This document shows, piece after piece, positions 1 through 11,700 of a stretch of 40,190 nt of DNA (position 1 is the first letter of the stretch; every line of letters begins with the position of its first letter). Made by a program: the position numbers and the translations under genes. This DNA is from Spirogloea muscicola (taxonomy: Eukaryota). The DNA is taken from the NCBI GenBank assembly GCA_009602725.1, contig WELB01000024.1, positions 133,173 through 173,362 on the forward strand, read 5' to 3'. A model generated the notes under the pieces. The model was not told the origin of the DNA and made no database searches. It worked only from the letters and a program-made list of their open reading frames with translations.

Positions 1-248
1 CGGCGCGCCCGCCGGCCAGCCGCTCGCCGCCCTGCGGCGCGCCGGCACGCTGGCCGCGCTCTTGCGCCCCACGATGCCCGCTGATGACAAGGCGAGGGCG
101 GTGAGCGAAGCCACGCTGCCGTCGCCCCCTCGGCCCCTCAGACTCATCGACTCGCTGCCTGGCCTCTGCTGAGACTGGCACCTTCCTCCCTTTGCCTCTC
201 CTCTCGACCTCCCTGCTCTGCCGCCTGACTGTTGCTCCACCCTTGCAG

Positions 249-1870
249 ATGGCGCCGCTCACGCCGACCCGGATCCTGCCCAGTAGGGGCCGTCGCGGCT
301 CTAGCGTGCGACCGCGGACGCCCATAGACGCTGTGAAGCGCCCACAGGAGCACGGCAGTGTCAGCGACGGCTGTGGAATCAGGAAAGGCTCGTCCAATGG
401 TCGCAGCAGCTGTGGCGGACGGGTGGCCAAGCCAAGCGCCACCGTGGCGGATAGGCGACCGCCGCCCATGGCGGAGGGCTTGCACAAGCGCCACCGCCGC
501 CGCCGCCTGCCTCGCTGCCAACGACGTCAGCGACCACGGCGGCCGCCGCTGCGGCTGTAGCGGCTGCCTCGCAGTTGGCCGCCAGTCTGGCGCGCTCGGC
601 GGCGGCCGCAAGGCGCGCGTCGTTGCTGAGACTCGTGGCGCCAGCCCCGAGGCTGTGGGCGAAGAGCGCGCAGCAAGCGCGGCGGCAGCGGCAGCAACTC
701 ACCGGCCGCTCTGCAGCGCCGCTGGCCGCGGTGGCAGGCCGCGAGGCCGCGAAGGCCGCCCCCGCCGGCGGTCGCGGTTGGCCGCTGCCGTCACCAACGA
801 GGTGGCTGCTGTCGTGACCGCCATTGCTGCGTCGCTCGAGCGCAAGCCTGCTGCCGCGGCAGCTGGTGTCAGCGGACGGGCGTTTTCACGCTCTTTGACA
901 GCGCGCGCCGCCTGTCTCCGCCGCCGTTGGCCAGCTGCCGCCGGTCGGCCAGCGCGCTGCTAAGATCCTCAGTCTCATGGGCCTCGCCGACATGGCACCA
1001 TCGGCGCCGGAGCTGCTGGCGCCGCTGCTGGCGCCTGTCCAGCCGCTGCCGCACCCACAGATTGCTATGTCGCAGCCGCACCTGCGGCTGCCACTGACCC
1101 TGCCGCCGTAATTGCTGCTGCATCAGTCTGCGCCGCTCCCCGCGCTCGTGCCGGCAGGCAGCGGCGTTGGAGGCCATCTGTCACCCACTACGCCGCCACC
1201 CTCCTCGCGGTATGTGACGGTGGCTCGATGTCTACGTCGTGTACAGTACCCCGATGTCGGCGCGCCTCTTGGCGGCAGTGGGAAATTCGGCTCCATGAGC
1301 AATGCAGGCACGACGATGTGGCCGTCACCACCGCCGCTGTCACTGGAGCAGCCGCCAACGCCTTCGGCGTCGGCACTGGCTTCAACGCCTCCGCTGCCGC
1401 TGCCGCTACCACTGCCGGCCCCAACCGCAGGCATCGCGGTCTACTCGGCTGCGTACCAGGAGTTGCGCGGGGTGTGCCGCATCATCGTCGAGGACTGGCT
1501 GAGCATCAAGACGCGCGCAGGCTCCCCTGGCTTCATGCGCCAGCTCCGCGACAACCTCGGCGACGCCAGATCTTCCTCCCCGCAGCCAGCGCCGCCGCCT
1601 TGTTACACTCGCCCCACTGCCTACCATCAACAGCCACCTCTCCTGATGGGGCCGCCCATGCATCGCACCTCGCTGCTGCCATACCGTATTATGGATTACT
1701 GCTCGTGGCATCATCGCAAGGCTCCCTGCTGCCTCCACGTTTTCCGAAGCCCCCTGTGGCAAGGACCGTGCAAGCGCCCGGGGCCATCGCCTTATGACAG
1801 CCAGCACCTGGCGAATGCTAGTCTCAGGTCTCGCCGCCTGATGGGCACAGATTGCACTCGTAATTCCTGA
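249..1870 (+). pseudogene. Decayed Pro/Ala/Arg-rich ORF of unknown family (pseudogene or retroelement ORF1/gag-like remnant)
   Basis: Coding-like GC-rich segments join only through lesions. ORF 358-963 shifts near 900 into a frame (APPVSAAVGQLPPVGQRAAKILSLMGLADMAPS...LTLPP*) that continues into ORF 1112-1870 across an in-frame TAA at 1109-1111. A further shift is likely near 1650. No domain recognised. Confidence 0.3.
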
Positions 1871-3053
1871 GGAGCAACAATAATTTCGAACTTGCATGCA
1901 GCGCCGCCAGGCAGCAGTGCCAGTAGTGGCTAGCGGCGGACATAAACGAGCCCGTCAAACACGGAATAGTTGGCAGAGAGTTGGGCCCGCTGTAGTGGCC
2001 GACCTCTCCAACTTGCTTTCACCGATCGGCTTGCTAGCTGAAGAAATACTACAGTGACACATATGGGCAATCTGCTGATTCTGGCTGACCACGATCATAG
2101 TTGAGACGAACATTGTACACTCACAATTATTCTTCCCTTCTGACTGCCGGTGAGATTATCTGATTATACTGTAACATTGTTATCTAGTGGAATGCAAACG
2201 CCATATCAAAGACGGCTTGACAGATGCTGGGGGAGGCTAAGCACACGCAGAAAACTTGGAAAAGTTGGTCTGCTTCATCGGGCAGAGGGTGGCACAAACT
2301 GGGTTGTGGCGCTAGTTGGCGTGGTGGTGGCGCTGGAAACAATGATGGGAACTGACTGCTGTGAAGTACTGTAGACTGGTTAAACTTTCAGTTAGACTGC
2401 TTAAAGTGACTGTCAGTGGTAGACCATTGGTGCCTGTCGACGGGCCATTGACGAGTCGCAGACGGGTAGAGTTGGTAATCAACATCACAAGTGCAATACC
2501 CGGAGCCAGGACCTAGGAATGGCCCTTAAGGAGCTCGTAGAGATTGGAGGTGGGGGTGATACCCCTTGAACTTTGTTGCTCAACCACCATCGCAGTTATT
2601 CGACTGCCTTCCAACCTTTTCTTGCCCAAATACGCACTTGGGATTGGTGATCCACTCGTCCTTCTTCCACATTCTGTACATTGCCGAGCTACCAGTACTC
2701 AAGAGTATCTTGAAGAAAATTCGTGTTAGCGAGGCCGCAGTAGCCAAGCAAGCAGCAAACTGATCATTTTGATGTCATGACAGCCGTGAATGGAGCAGAA
2801 GTTGGAAGTCCACGATAACTTGCCAAGTTGCTAGTCTCTCTTACACTTACAGAACGGAGCACGTACATTGAGGTGAGAGCTTGAGTACATCGTAGACACC
2901 AATAGGCAGACCCAGACGACTAACTCTGCCCCAGGTAAATCTTTGACAATAAGAAGAGCCGTTATCTAAGTTCATGACGTTAGCTAGCTGAACATCAGAG
3001 GACATCCGCGTGGCTGCAAATCAAGGACTCGTTGGTTTCAAGAGGCCGCTGAG

Positions 3054-4185
3054 CTACAGCGACTTGAGAGCGTCCTTGTATAAATATGCGACAGCAAGTG
3101 CCACGGTGGCCGCCACCACCGGCAGCGTTGCCTTGCACTGGCTGTTGAAGCGTTGCCGGGGGCTGACAGGGAGCCCGCCATCCTGCGCTTGCAGATCGAC
3201 AAGTGCTGCTCACGTTTAGGAGGACCCTTTGAGCCCTCATAAACCAAGTCAGCTTCAGCAGCATCTATAGTGCTGCATAACTGAATGGGCGCGAGGGGCT
3301 GGCAGTTGGAGCCGAAGCTTGCAGACCTTGTCGGGGATGCTGGGGTCGGCCCCCAAGCTGACAAGCAGGTCCCACAGGTTGCTCGTCCACTTGGCAGATG
3401 CGAGGTGCAATGCAGTCACGCCGGCCTGCGGCCCATCAGCGTGCAGCGGGTGACCGGCACCTCAGAGACACTGGCTTGCTGTGGCATTCCTGCAGGTGTT
3501 GTTGGGATATCCTGACAGCGCTAAGTGAGCACTGCAGGGCAGCTGGGTGAGGGCTGCAGGAAGTGCAAGGGACCTTGTCCTGGACGTTGGGGTCCAGGGC
3601 AGCGCCGCTGCGCCCGTCCGCAGCCGGTGCCTCCGCTAGCACCCGCACCACGTGGTCCCAACCATGGCCGACAGCGCCATGCAGCGGCCGTTGGCCGTCC
3701 TGCTCATAGTGCTTCCCGGCGCTCTATCAATTGGCAGATAGTGCGTTCCACCCAAACCTCGACCCCAACACCTACAACGTGGACCTCGTAGTCGAAGACT
3801 GGCAGCCATATCTCCTGACACAAGAGCAGCGCTGCCGGCGAGGGTGAAAGAGGAGGGCCGGGGCTGCTGACCTCGTTGGCGGCATTGACATCGGCACCGG
3901 CCTCGAGCAGGAGGCGCGCGGCCTGGCTGTGGCCAGTGATCGCCGCGTAGTGCAGCGGCGTGTTGCCGTCGTTGTTTCGGCAGCCGGGGTCGTTGAGCTT
4001 GTTCTGCAGTTGCCACCGCCGCCGCCACCCCGGGCCTCCGGCATGAGGCGTGCAAGCTCACGGCTGGCGGCGCCGTGCGCGGGCATCACCAGCAGCTCGG
4101 GCACCAACTTGTGCTGACGCGGGAGCGGCCCCGGAGTCGGTCTCCCGCCTTCGCCGCCGCACGAAGGGCAGCGGCTGCGGCGAAG

Positions 4186-4218
<33 letters not shown>

Positions 4219-4401
4219 GCGGACCTCGAGGAGGTAGCGGAGGCAGTCGAGGTGGCCGCCGCGCGCGGCCCAGTGCAGCGCCAGCGAGCCGGTGGCGGGC
4301 TCCACCTCGGCGGCATTGCCGCCCGCCTCCACAAGCCGCCGCAGCTGCGCCGCGTCGCCCGCGCTCGCCGCCCACAGCAGGTCGTCCTCGCGGCGCGCCA
4401 T
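3054..4401 (-). CDS. Ankyrin-repeat protein (~220 aa, ~5 repeats) with C-terminal transmembrane anchor
   Basis: Exons 4401-4225, 4003-3872, 3699-3574, 3425-3327, 3182-3054, all GT-AG and phase 0. Ankyrin motifs GSLALHWAARGGHLDCLRYLLE, GNTPLHYAAITGHSQAARLLLEAGADVNA, GQRPLHGAVGHGWDHVVRVL, GVTALHLAS...LGADPSIPD. Ends TLPVVAATVALAVAYLYKDALKSL*. Confidence 0.85.
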
Positions 4402-4524
4402 CGCCGCGCGTCCGCCGCCGCCGCCGCTGCCGCCGTCGTCGGCGTTCACGCCGCCCGTCCGCCAGCCATGGCCTTTGTCGCCACCGTGCTCTGTGCACAG
4501 CCTCGTCCTTCCAGTACCTCCCGA

Positions 4525-4970
4525 AGACGACGAGTTTCGGCCTGTTTGCAGCGTGCTCAGGCTAATGCCTTGCAACAGACAGCTGGGCGAGCTCTAGTTC
4601 TTCTTCTACTTGGTGGCAGAAGGGCTTCGTGTCTGACATCTGGTATCAAGGCAGCGATTAGCGACCTTCATGTTTTGACCCGTGGTTACTGAGCGAGTCA
4701 ATCTGCTGTAGATGTGCTTGCCCTTGTACTTGGCCACTTGGCCTTCGTTTGTTTCAAATACACGACATTTCCCAGAAGAGAGACTTTTCCAGTAGATGGG
4801 GGAAGACTTTCCAGGGCGAAGGCTGTTGGTAAGCAACCCAGAGCTCTACTCCTCCAACCTCCGTATTATGTAGCCTTGTTTACTTTGCACTAGGCTCTGC
4901 CTGAACACTGTATTGGCTTGACTTGGCCTCCCTTTCATTTCATGCGCTCCGCGCGCTCTCTCTCTCTCTC
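4525..4970 (+). mobile_element. 5'-truncated REL-endonuclease (CRE-like) non-LTR retrotransposon, family A: ORF C-terminus plus 3' UTR
   Basis: Encodes RRRVSACLQRAQANALQQTAGRAL...SDLHVLTRGY* (stop 4690-4692). DNA is closely similar to 10147-10430. Ends in a (CT)n tract. Confidence 0.75.
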
Positions 4971-5374
4971 CAATATATTGAACTGCACTACCAAAAGTCC
5001 ATGCCCTATATTGACCTGACCACCTGCATCGGTGCTGATCGGTCACGAGCCCGCAAGAACCAGCAATTGACAAGGCCCCCACAAGTCCCCCAAGTCCCCC
5101 AGACGCGCTGCAAATCTCCGCACATCACTTCAGTACCTCACTACAAGACCTACAAGTAGCAGCTGCACACAGAAGGTCACCATCGCCGCTGTAGTTGCTC
5201 CTATGCTTATTCAACTGGATCGATCTCAACCAACCTTGCACTTTTGTGAGCAACAGTGACGTGCCTTACTGATGAGGATGCAACCTAGAGCCCATCCACC
5301 GCCACGCTTTGCTGGCAAGGTATTGCCAAGTGTGAGGACTTTTGATGCTATGCTCAAGATATGAAAGAATGGGC

Positions 5375-8174
5375 CTAGCTAGTGTTCCGTATTCTGTATT
5401 GCAAAGTACTTGACATTTCAGGGTAGCCAAGCATGCTGGGAGGAAAGACAAGGAGAGCCAGTACTGAGTCAGCCAGGAATTTCCTCGCAAAAAGCCAGCA
5501 GACTGCTGGCCTGCCACTGTGGTAGCAAGACTTGTCCATCCCATTCGTGTCCCATCCACTGGCATCACTAGTCGCCTCCTGTCAGAAAGCATGACGCCAG
5601 CCTATTGATAAATCGAAATGAGTAGCTTTGTAGCACGTATATTGAAGTACCAGCAGGCAACATGAAGCACCAGACATGCGCCAACTTGTCAAGCATAGAC
5701 GCGTCACAAGCAGGCCAGAGAAGCACAATGACCTGCCTGCATGATGACCATTGATCCCTTCAGATGACACCGCATGCACATGTCCTGTTCTTGAAAGATC
5801 TCATGCACTTGATGCAAACGGCACCAATTGAGCAAAGTGCTTGGTAAGAATGCCTGCGACTTGCATCAATGTGAAAGGAGTGGCGTGCTTTGGACTGACT
5901 TGTAACTTCCGGATCACAGCAGGCGAAACACTGCCATCATATGCAGTAGGATGAGATCCACCCTTACTCCAGTCCACGCTTACTATGGATCGGTTGGCCA
6001 AGCCCCCAGAATCCTGTGTAAGAGACCAGGGCGGTTACCAGTAAGTTCCTCATGACATCTGACAGGAACAATCAAGCTGCAGATAACAGCCAAGAGACTC
6101 ATAGCTGCACAAAAGTGCTTAGTTCAGATAACATACACAACCCTCGTCTTGCAGGAAGCAGAAACATCAAAGCAATATCTACAATCTTACCTCCATGGTC
6201 AGAAGGGTTTGCACAAGGTGCTCCTCTGTTGGACACGAATGAAAGAGTTACAAACATCCTCGAGTATGACAAGCAGCAGATGGTGGACATTAAGGTGAGA
6301 TGGCATCCTACGTCCTCAGTGGACTTGCACTGACGAGCGAAGGTGGCAGCAACAAGGGCACGAGCAAAAGGTATCAGTTATCAGGAATACAACAAACACC
6401 AACAACATGTGCCTGACTGCAGCCTAAGCCTTAAGGATAGCTTGCCTTAGCACACTGTAAATTGCTCGCAACTTACCCATGATGCAGGTGAAATTTGCCA
6501 TGGATGCCACTGTTATCCACCATCTGGCCCTCTCTGTGCATAGCTGAAGGCATTTGCTGTAGAAATCCGTATCTGCATTCAGACTCAAGAAGGGAGGGCT
6601 TTTGAGAAGCCCTTTGTCAAAGAAATGAAGCACATCAGATGCAATACACCAAGTCGGTGCTTGCAATCATCACACTCTCAAGCTGACAACCACTGTGACT
6701 TAGTGGTCTGAAAGCATGTAGCTTAAGTGTGTTTGACTTCCCTAGCAGTGAAAAGCAACTGTGATTTGTGCCTCAGACGCACCAGAGACTACAATCTGAG
6801 CGTGCTTGCGCTGCATCTCATGCCATGTGGCTCCCTTCCGCCAGAATTCCCTCCCAATCTCTGGTAGCAATGTTGATTTGTATCTGCTCCCATGATGACC
6901 ATCTCCACTTACTGGTCAGTCGAACAGCACTGCTCCACAGCTGGCAAGCTCCTACATGGGGCAGCAGATCTTGCACCAGTGGAACATCAAGTCAGATCAG
7001 TCAGACAGGCCTCAGATGAGCAGTGCATGTTGGCATATTATCTTGCCTTTCATTGGTGGGATGTCCTCCGGTGAAGCTTTGCCTTGAAGTCAAGAGGTAG
7101 TCATACACGAAAGAGAAGTTCCTGATAGGGAGGTCGCTCTCGGACAGGAAAATAAGTCTCTCTACGGCTGGGTCCAGGAGTGCTGTGGCTAACAACCTCT
7201 TGTGTGCATCAACAGTGCGTATGGTACCCCACCCTGTGGTAAGGAGCACAACAATCATGGTCATAGGAGCTCAACTGTCACAGTCATACAAGGCTTGAGA
7301 AGGCAAGAGAAGGCAAGCTGGTCAGCATGATGTTCACAAAGCTGCCACCCATTAACAACATTCGCTTTAATAGTGCAGAGCACCTGGAGCTTGTCTATGT
7401 TCCTCGTTGAAAGCACTGGGGTACAAGATGTCCTACTCTGCCAGGGGCTAAGGCTTCAGAACCTTGAGGAGATATATCCACCCGACAGCAGCAGCATGTG
7501 TGCAGCCTGCTTAAGAAAACTGAGCCAGACTTGCGGTGACTCTTTGGTCCGGCGAATTCATCGGGCTCATAATCTCAGTATTCGCTTCGGCAAGGGCCCC
7601 GTGAGAGCACACCCGTGAGATTGCTGCGAATGTGGCGGCCGCGAAAGGCCCAGGAGTCGCGAGGGCCGTACTCGTACCCCGGCGGCGCGTGCACGTGCAG
7701 GACGTAGCGCGCGGCGTGGCCGGCCAGGAAGCGCTCCCACAGCGGCGCCAGCGGCATGGGGCCGCGCGTGAGGAAGAGGAAGGCGAGCTTGCGGTGGCGA
7801 GGCCGCCGGGCTGCCGGCGTGGCGGCGGCGCGGGCGAAGAGCGCCGCGTCCGCCGCGTCCAGCCCCGAAAGGCTGTCGGCACGCAGCCAGGGGGGGAGCT
7901 CCTCTGGCGCCTCCGCGGGCCGCGGCGGAGGTGGCGCGCCGCCCAGCCCCTCATGGCCTGAGGTGCTGGCGACGGCGTCGGCGGCAGAGTGCTGCTCCGG
8001 CACTGAGCTGCGCAGCAGCTGGTCGTCGGCCGCCGAATTGCCCGCCAGGCTCCGCGACGCCGCTAGGAGAGTGAAGAGGAGGGCCACGGCGGCCGCCAGC
8101 CGGCGCCGCCACCGCCCGTTTGGCCACGGCGACGGCGCCGGCGGCGGCGGCGCCGCCGCCGCGGCCGCCGGCAT
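5375..8174 (-). CDS. GT14-like / DUF266 (Branch, core-2/I-branching-like; BC10 family) type II membrane glycosyltransferase
   Basis: Exons 8174-7613, 7233-7047 (GC donor), 6883-6783, 6572-6477, 6225-6191, 6013-5900, 5578-5375. Has an N-terminal TM plus family motifs KLAFLFLTRGPMPLAPLWERF, WG..VDAHKRLLATALLD, FLSESDLPIRNFSFVYDYL, WRKGATW, EEHLVQTLL, ANRSIVSVDWSKGGSHP, CWLFARKF. Confidence 0.88.
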
Positions 8175-8456
8175 GGCAGGGCTCTGCCCAAGTCTGAGCC
8201 AGTGAATCTCGCTGCCACGTGGCAGCACAAGCTTCCGGAGCTGCCCGTAGAAGGACAGTACGGAGTGTATGGAGTGATGGAGGGCGTTAGTGACTTGAAC
8301 TTGCACTCTCACTCCCTCTTGCTCCGATGCCGTTGTAAACCATCCATACTTCAGCGTTTTCAGTTAGCTGGTTAGTCATGCCCTCTCTGCCATGGTTGCT
8401 GAAGCATGGGAACGACGAGATGCTGTCTTAGTACTCAGCCCTCAGGATTCTTCTGT

Positions 8457-8493
8457 CCTTGTCCATTCCTTTTTGGGCTGGCCTCTCCCAGCC
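8457..8493 (+). repeat. Solo 3'-terminal fragment of retroelement family B (GGCTG...CAGCC hairpin)
   Basis: ccttgtccattcctttttgggctggcctctcccagcc aligns with the reverse complements of 13553-13589 and 35060-35095. Confidence 0.6.
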
Positions 8494-9484
8494 GCCAGTC
8501 AATCTGGCCGCGCTTGCTCTCTGATGCTGACTGCTCAAGCAGTGAGCACTGCAAGCGATCAATGTTGACATGCCATAGCAGAGAGGGCATGGACTAACTC
8601 AGCTATCATGAAAGCCCAACTATTGATGTTTTGGTATTCACAAGCTCGGCTACTCCCAACATCATGCGAGAGAGATTGGTATCTCTCCCCACTGACCATT
8701 CTCAACAGCATCGGAGCAAGAGAAAGTAGGACTGCAAGTTCAAGCTCAAGCAACAGCACATGCTGTACATGCAGCTGCTGTCCGTATCGAAGTCCTTGCC
8801 CCTGCTGCTACTTCAACAGCCTCCTCACTTGCACATGTACATGCTTTCATGGCATGGCAGGGGGATTGCTCCTCTCCTGCTCGAGCTCAGGCTTCTGTTG
8901 ATGCTATTCTGAGGCAGGAAGCTGCTAGTGTCAATAGCAATCCTCGCATGCAAGTTAAGAGATGGCAGCTGACTTCTCTTTCCCCCTAGGAAGAGCATTG
9001 GTTGCAAGCGACCATTGCAGTGGAGAAACAATGCAGACAGAAGTGTGGATAGGTGCAAGGCTCGTTTGGTAGCAAAGGGGTCCTCACAACAAGAGGGAGT
9101 AGACTCCTTCTCTCCTGTTGCTAAGTCCTATTTGATTCGTGCGTCACTGTCTGATGAAGCCTTCAAGGAGTAGAAGCTGCACCAAATGAATGTAGGACAT
9201 GTTCCTCAATGGCGAGCTCGATGCAGAGAAGTACATGGAACAGCATTAGGGGCCATCTTGATCACAGTAAGCGATGTGTCTGCTTGTCTGCTTGCTTAAA
9301 CTTGCAGATAGTACTGACATTCTTGCAATACTTCACTATGATGAGTCTCTTTGACATCAGTGCCATATGTGTTGGAAGTACAGGACAAGTATCCTTGAAA
9401 TTTCCCATGGGTCCCCACAAATCTTTTGTGGCTCTCCCAATGGGGGCAAGGGCTGTAATAAGCATGGTTGAGCACTTCTTCGAT

Positions 9485-9548
9485 AAGCCAGCCCGAAAAG
9501 TATTGACATACAAAATCGACAAGCTAATTTGGGGAGCCAGAGCGCCGC
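9485..9548 (-). repeat. Degraded family-B 3' UTR remnant
   Basis: aagccagcccgaaaag (9485-9500) is identical to the motif in the 34408-34432 3' end. It is followed by ggggagccagagcgc, which resembles ggggccagaggcgc at ~34032. Confidence 0.4.
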
Positions 9549-9654
9549 CACGAAACCCGGTCGCCTGACTTATTTAGAGCGCGCCCACTAGAAGAGTATT
9601 ATTCCTCTTCTTACCTCCCTCTTAGCATAGGACTTTCTCTTATATAAAAACACT

Positions 9655-10433
9655 ATTTGCACTAGCTTTTGCCCTAACAGAGTGTTGGCTTGCATAGGTC
9701 ACCCTTATCACAACCTCCTCCGAGATGCCCTGGCGGGTTTGATGCGCGACGCCGGGTACTGTGCGGTCGTGAAAGTGAGGAACATCATGCCTATCCCCAC
9801 GGATGCCCAGGTACGTCATCATCGCCGCACACTTGACATTGTGGGCGTGCAACCTGGTGGAGGACCACGGGCCTTGGTCGATGACGTTGTTATGGAGGCT
9901 TACAAAGGTCCAGCATCGACGCACATGGCTGGCCACGCAGTGGGCAGTGCAGAACAAGAAAGATGCAGCACTACTCCGATTATGCCCAATGTGATCAGCT
10001 CCTGCCAGCGGCAGTCGACATCTTTGGCTGTTTAGGTCCTCGTTTCCACATTCGCCTTCGAAATATTGCCACTCTAGGCTACGCACGTCATGCAGATGTG
10101 TTTCCGGCTGAGATGGGCTTGCCAGCTGCATATCTGTCGCTCTTGCGACGACGAGTTTCGGCCTGTTTGCAGCGTGCTCAGGCAACTGCTTTGCACCAGA
10201 AAGCTGGGCAAGCTCTAGTTGGTAGCAGAAGTGCTTCGCATCTGCCATTCAGTTGTCAGGCATCGAATAGCGACCTTTCTGTATTGACCCGTGGTTACTG
10301 AGCGGGTCAATCTGCTACAGGTTATGTACGGGATGTGCTTGCCTTTGTACTTGGCCATTTGGCCTTCATTTGTTCCCAAAAACACGTATATCCTTTTCCT
10401 TCCATGGCACCGCGTGCCCTCTCTCTTACAGCC
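9655..10433 (+). mobile_element. 5'-truncated REL-endonuclease (CRE-like) non-LTR retrotransposon, family A, longest copy (frameshifted)
   Basis: Encodes HNLLRDAL...RTLDIV...ALVDDVV...GHAVGSAEQ[fs ~9957]RKMQHYSD...LLPAAVDIFGCLG...RRRVSACLQRAQA...LTRGY* (stop 10299-10301). This fits the RHN/PD-like..D..AE.K..Y pattern of REL domains. 9656-9692 resembles the family-A 3' UTR at 4883-4920, suggesting a second element end directly upstream. The 3' end reads ctctcttacagcc. Confidence 0.8.
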
Positions 10434-10664
10434 ATCGCCTTACTTCGACAGAGCCACTGTCTTTTGCCACGGCGGCGTTGGCCATAGAGAGAGCGCCATT
10501 CTTCTGCCATAGGGAGCTTCCAAGCCGCCCCGGTGACACGTCTCCCTCACCCCGGTTCAAACCCTACCCTCCTCCGGACCTTGGCGGACGTACCATCGCC
10601 GCGCGCACGCCGCGCCGGGCCTCCCGGCTCCCGCGCCGCCGGCGGCAAGTGCGGCCCCCGTGGC

Positions 10665-11700
10665 ATGCGGCAGCGCCTCGCCCAGGCCGCGCAGTGGCGC
10701 GAGAGCTTGGCGTCAGCGCTCGCCACGCGGCGACCTGTGTGCGGCCCCATGGCCNCCGCTGGCTCAGCTGCATGGTTATGGGAGACGCAGCAGGAAGCGA
10801 AAGGCGAAGGACGGTGGGGCTCCGCGGCTCGCCGTGAAGAAAGCAAAGGCGGCGTCGTCACTGCCACCGCTGCCGCCGCCGCCGCCGCCGCCGGGGCAGG
10901 GCTACTGGCCGACGCGTGTTCAGGACTCCCGGAGGCGCAATCGACATCGGGCGCGCAAATTCTTCGGCCGGCACGCCAAGCGGCTGGCGGCTGCCCCGGC
11001 GGCACCGTTCAACACTAGCCAGTTCCTTATGCGGTCCAGCCGCATGGGTATCCTCGCGCCCGTGGAGTCGCCGGCCACGCCAGCGTCGGTCATGCTCGCC
11101 GGTGCTGCTACACCATCCCTGTGGCCTGATGTCTCTGCTGCCACTGGGGGCGGTAAGCAGCTGGTGGATGAGGCTCGGGAGCTCGGTGTCGACGCCTATG
11201 GCTCCATGAACGACTGCATCCGGCTGCGCGAGGCGACGGACGACTGCCGAGTCGAGGAGACGGAGAGCGTGCAGCGCCAGGGCTCACCGGATCACCTGTC
11301 AGGCGGCCAGGCCGGTGGTAGCAGCAGCAGCAGCACTAGTAGCAGTGGCGCCTGTGATAAGTCGGCTGGCCGCTCCTTAGTCGACTCTGCTGACCAGGTA
11401 GAGCGAAGGATTGACCATGAGCTGCTGCGTTTCGAGGTCTCTCTGGCGGGGATGGCGGAGCCGCTCGGCAGTCGAGGTGCCTCAGCTAGCCGGCGAGACC
11501 GACACCTGCGGGCGCGGATTGATGAGCAGGAACGGCAAGTGGCGCACCTGGAGGAGGAAAATCTGACGCTGCGAGAGAGGGTGTATGTGATGGAGCAGGA
11601 ACTGACTGGGCTGCGGCAACGGCTCTTGGATGCCCCCCCAGAGTCTGTCTGCGGGGAGGGCTCTGACAACAATGCCCAGGACCTTGAAGACGCACTGTAA
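10665..11700 (+). CDS. PRLI-interacting factor A-like protein with HEXIM-like motif order (basic region, PFNT motif, acidic/Ser region, C-terminal coiled coil)
   Basis: Intronless ORF to TAA 11698-11700. The start is uncertain because of an N at 10755; ATG 10665 lies in another frame before the N. Motifs: RRRNRHRARKFFGRHAKR-PAAPFNTSQFLM, LVDEARELGVDAYGSMNDCIRLR, VERRIDHELLRFE, IDEQERQVAHLEEENLTLRERVYVMEQELTGLRQRL. These match the recalled plant PRLI-IF-A family. Confidence 0.8.

Noticed and set aside
8500..9450. Cys-rich ORF 8608-8901 and ORF 9209-9568
   Set aside because: No domain signature. Probably degraded repeat or intergenic sequence.
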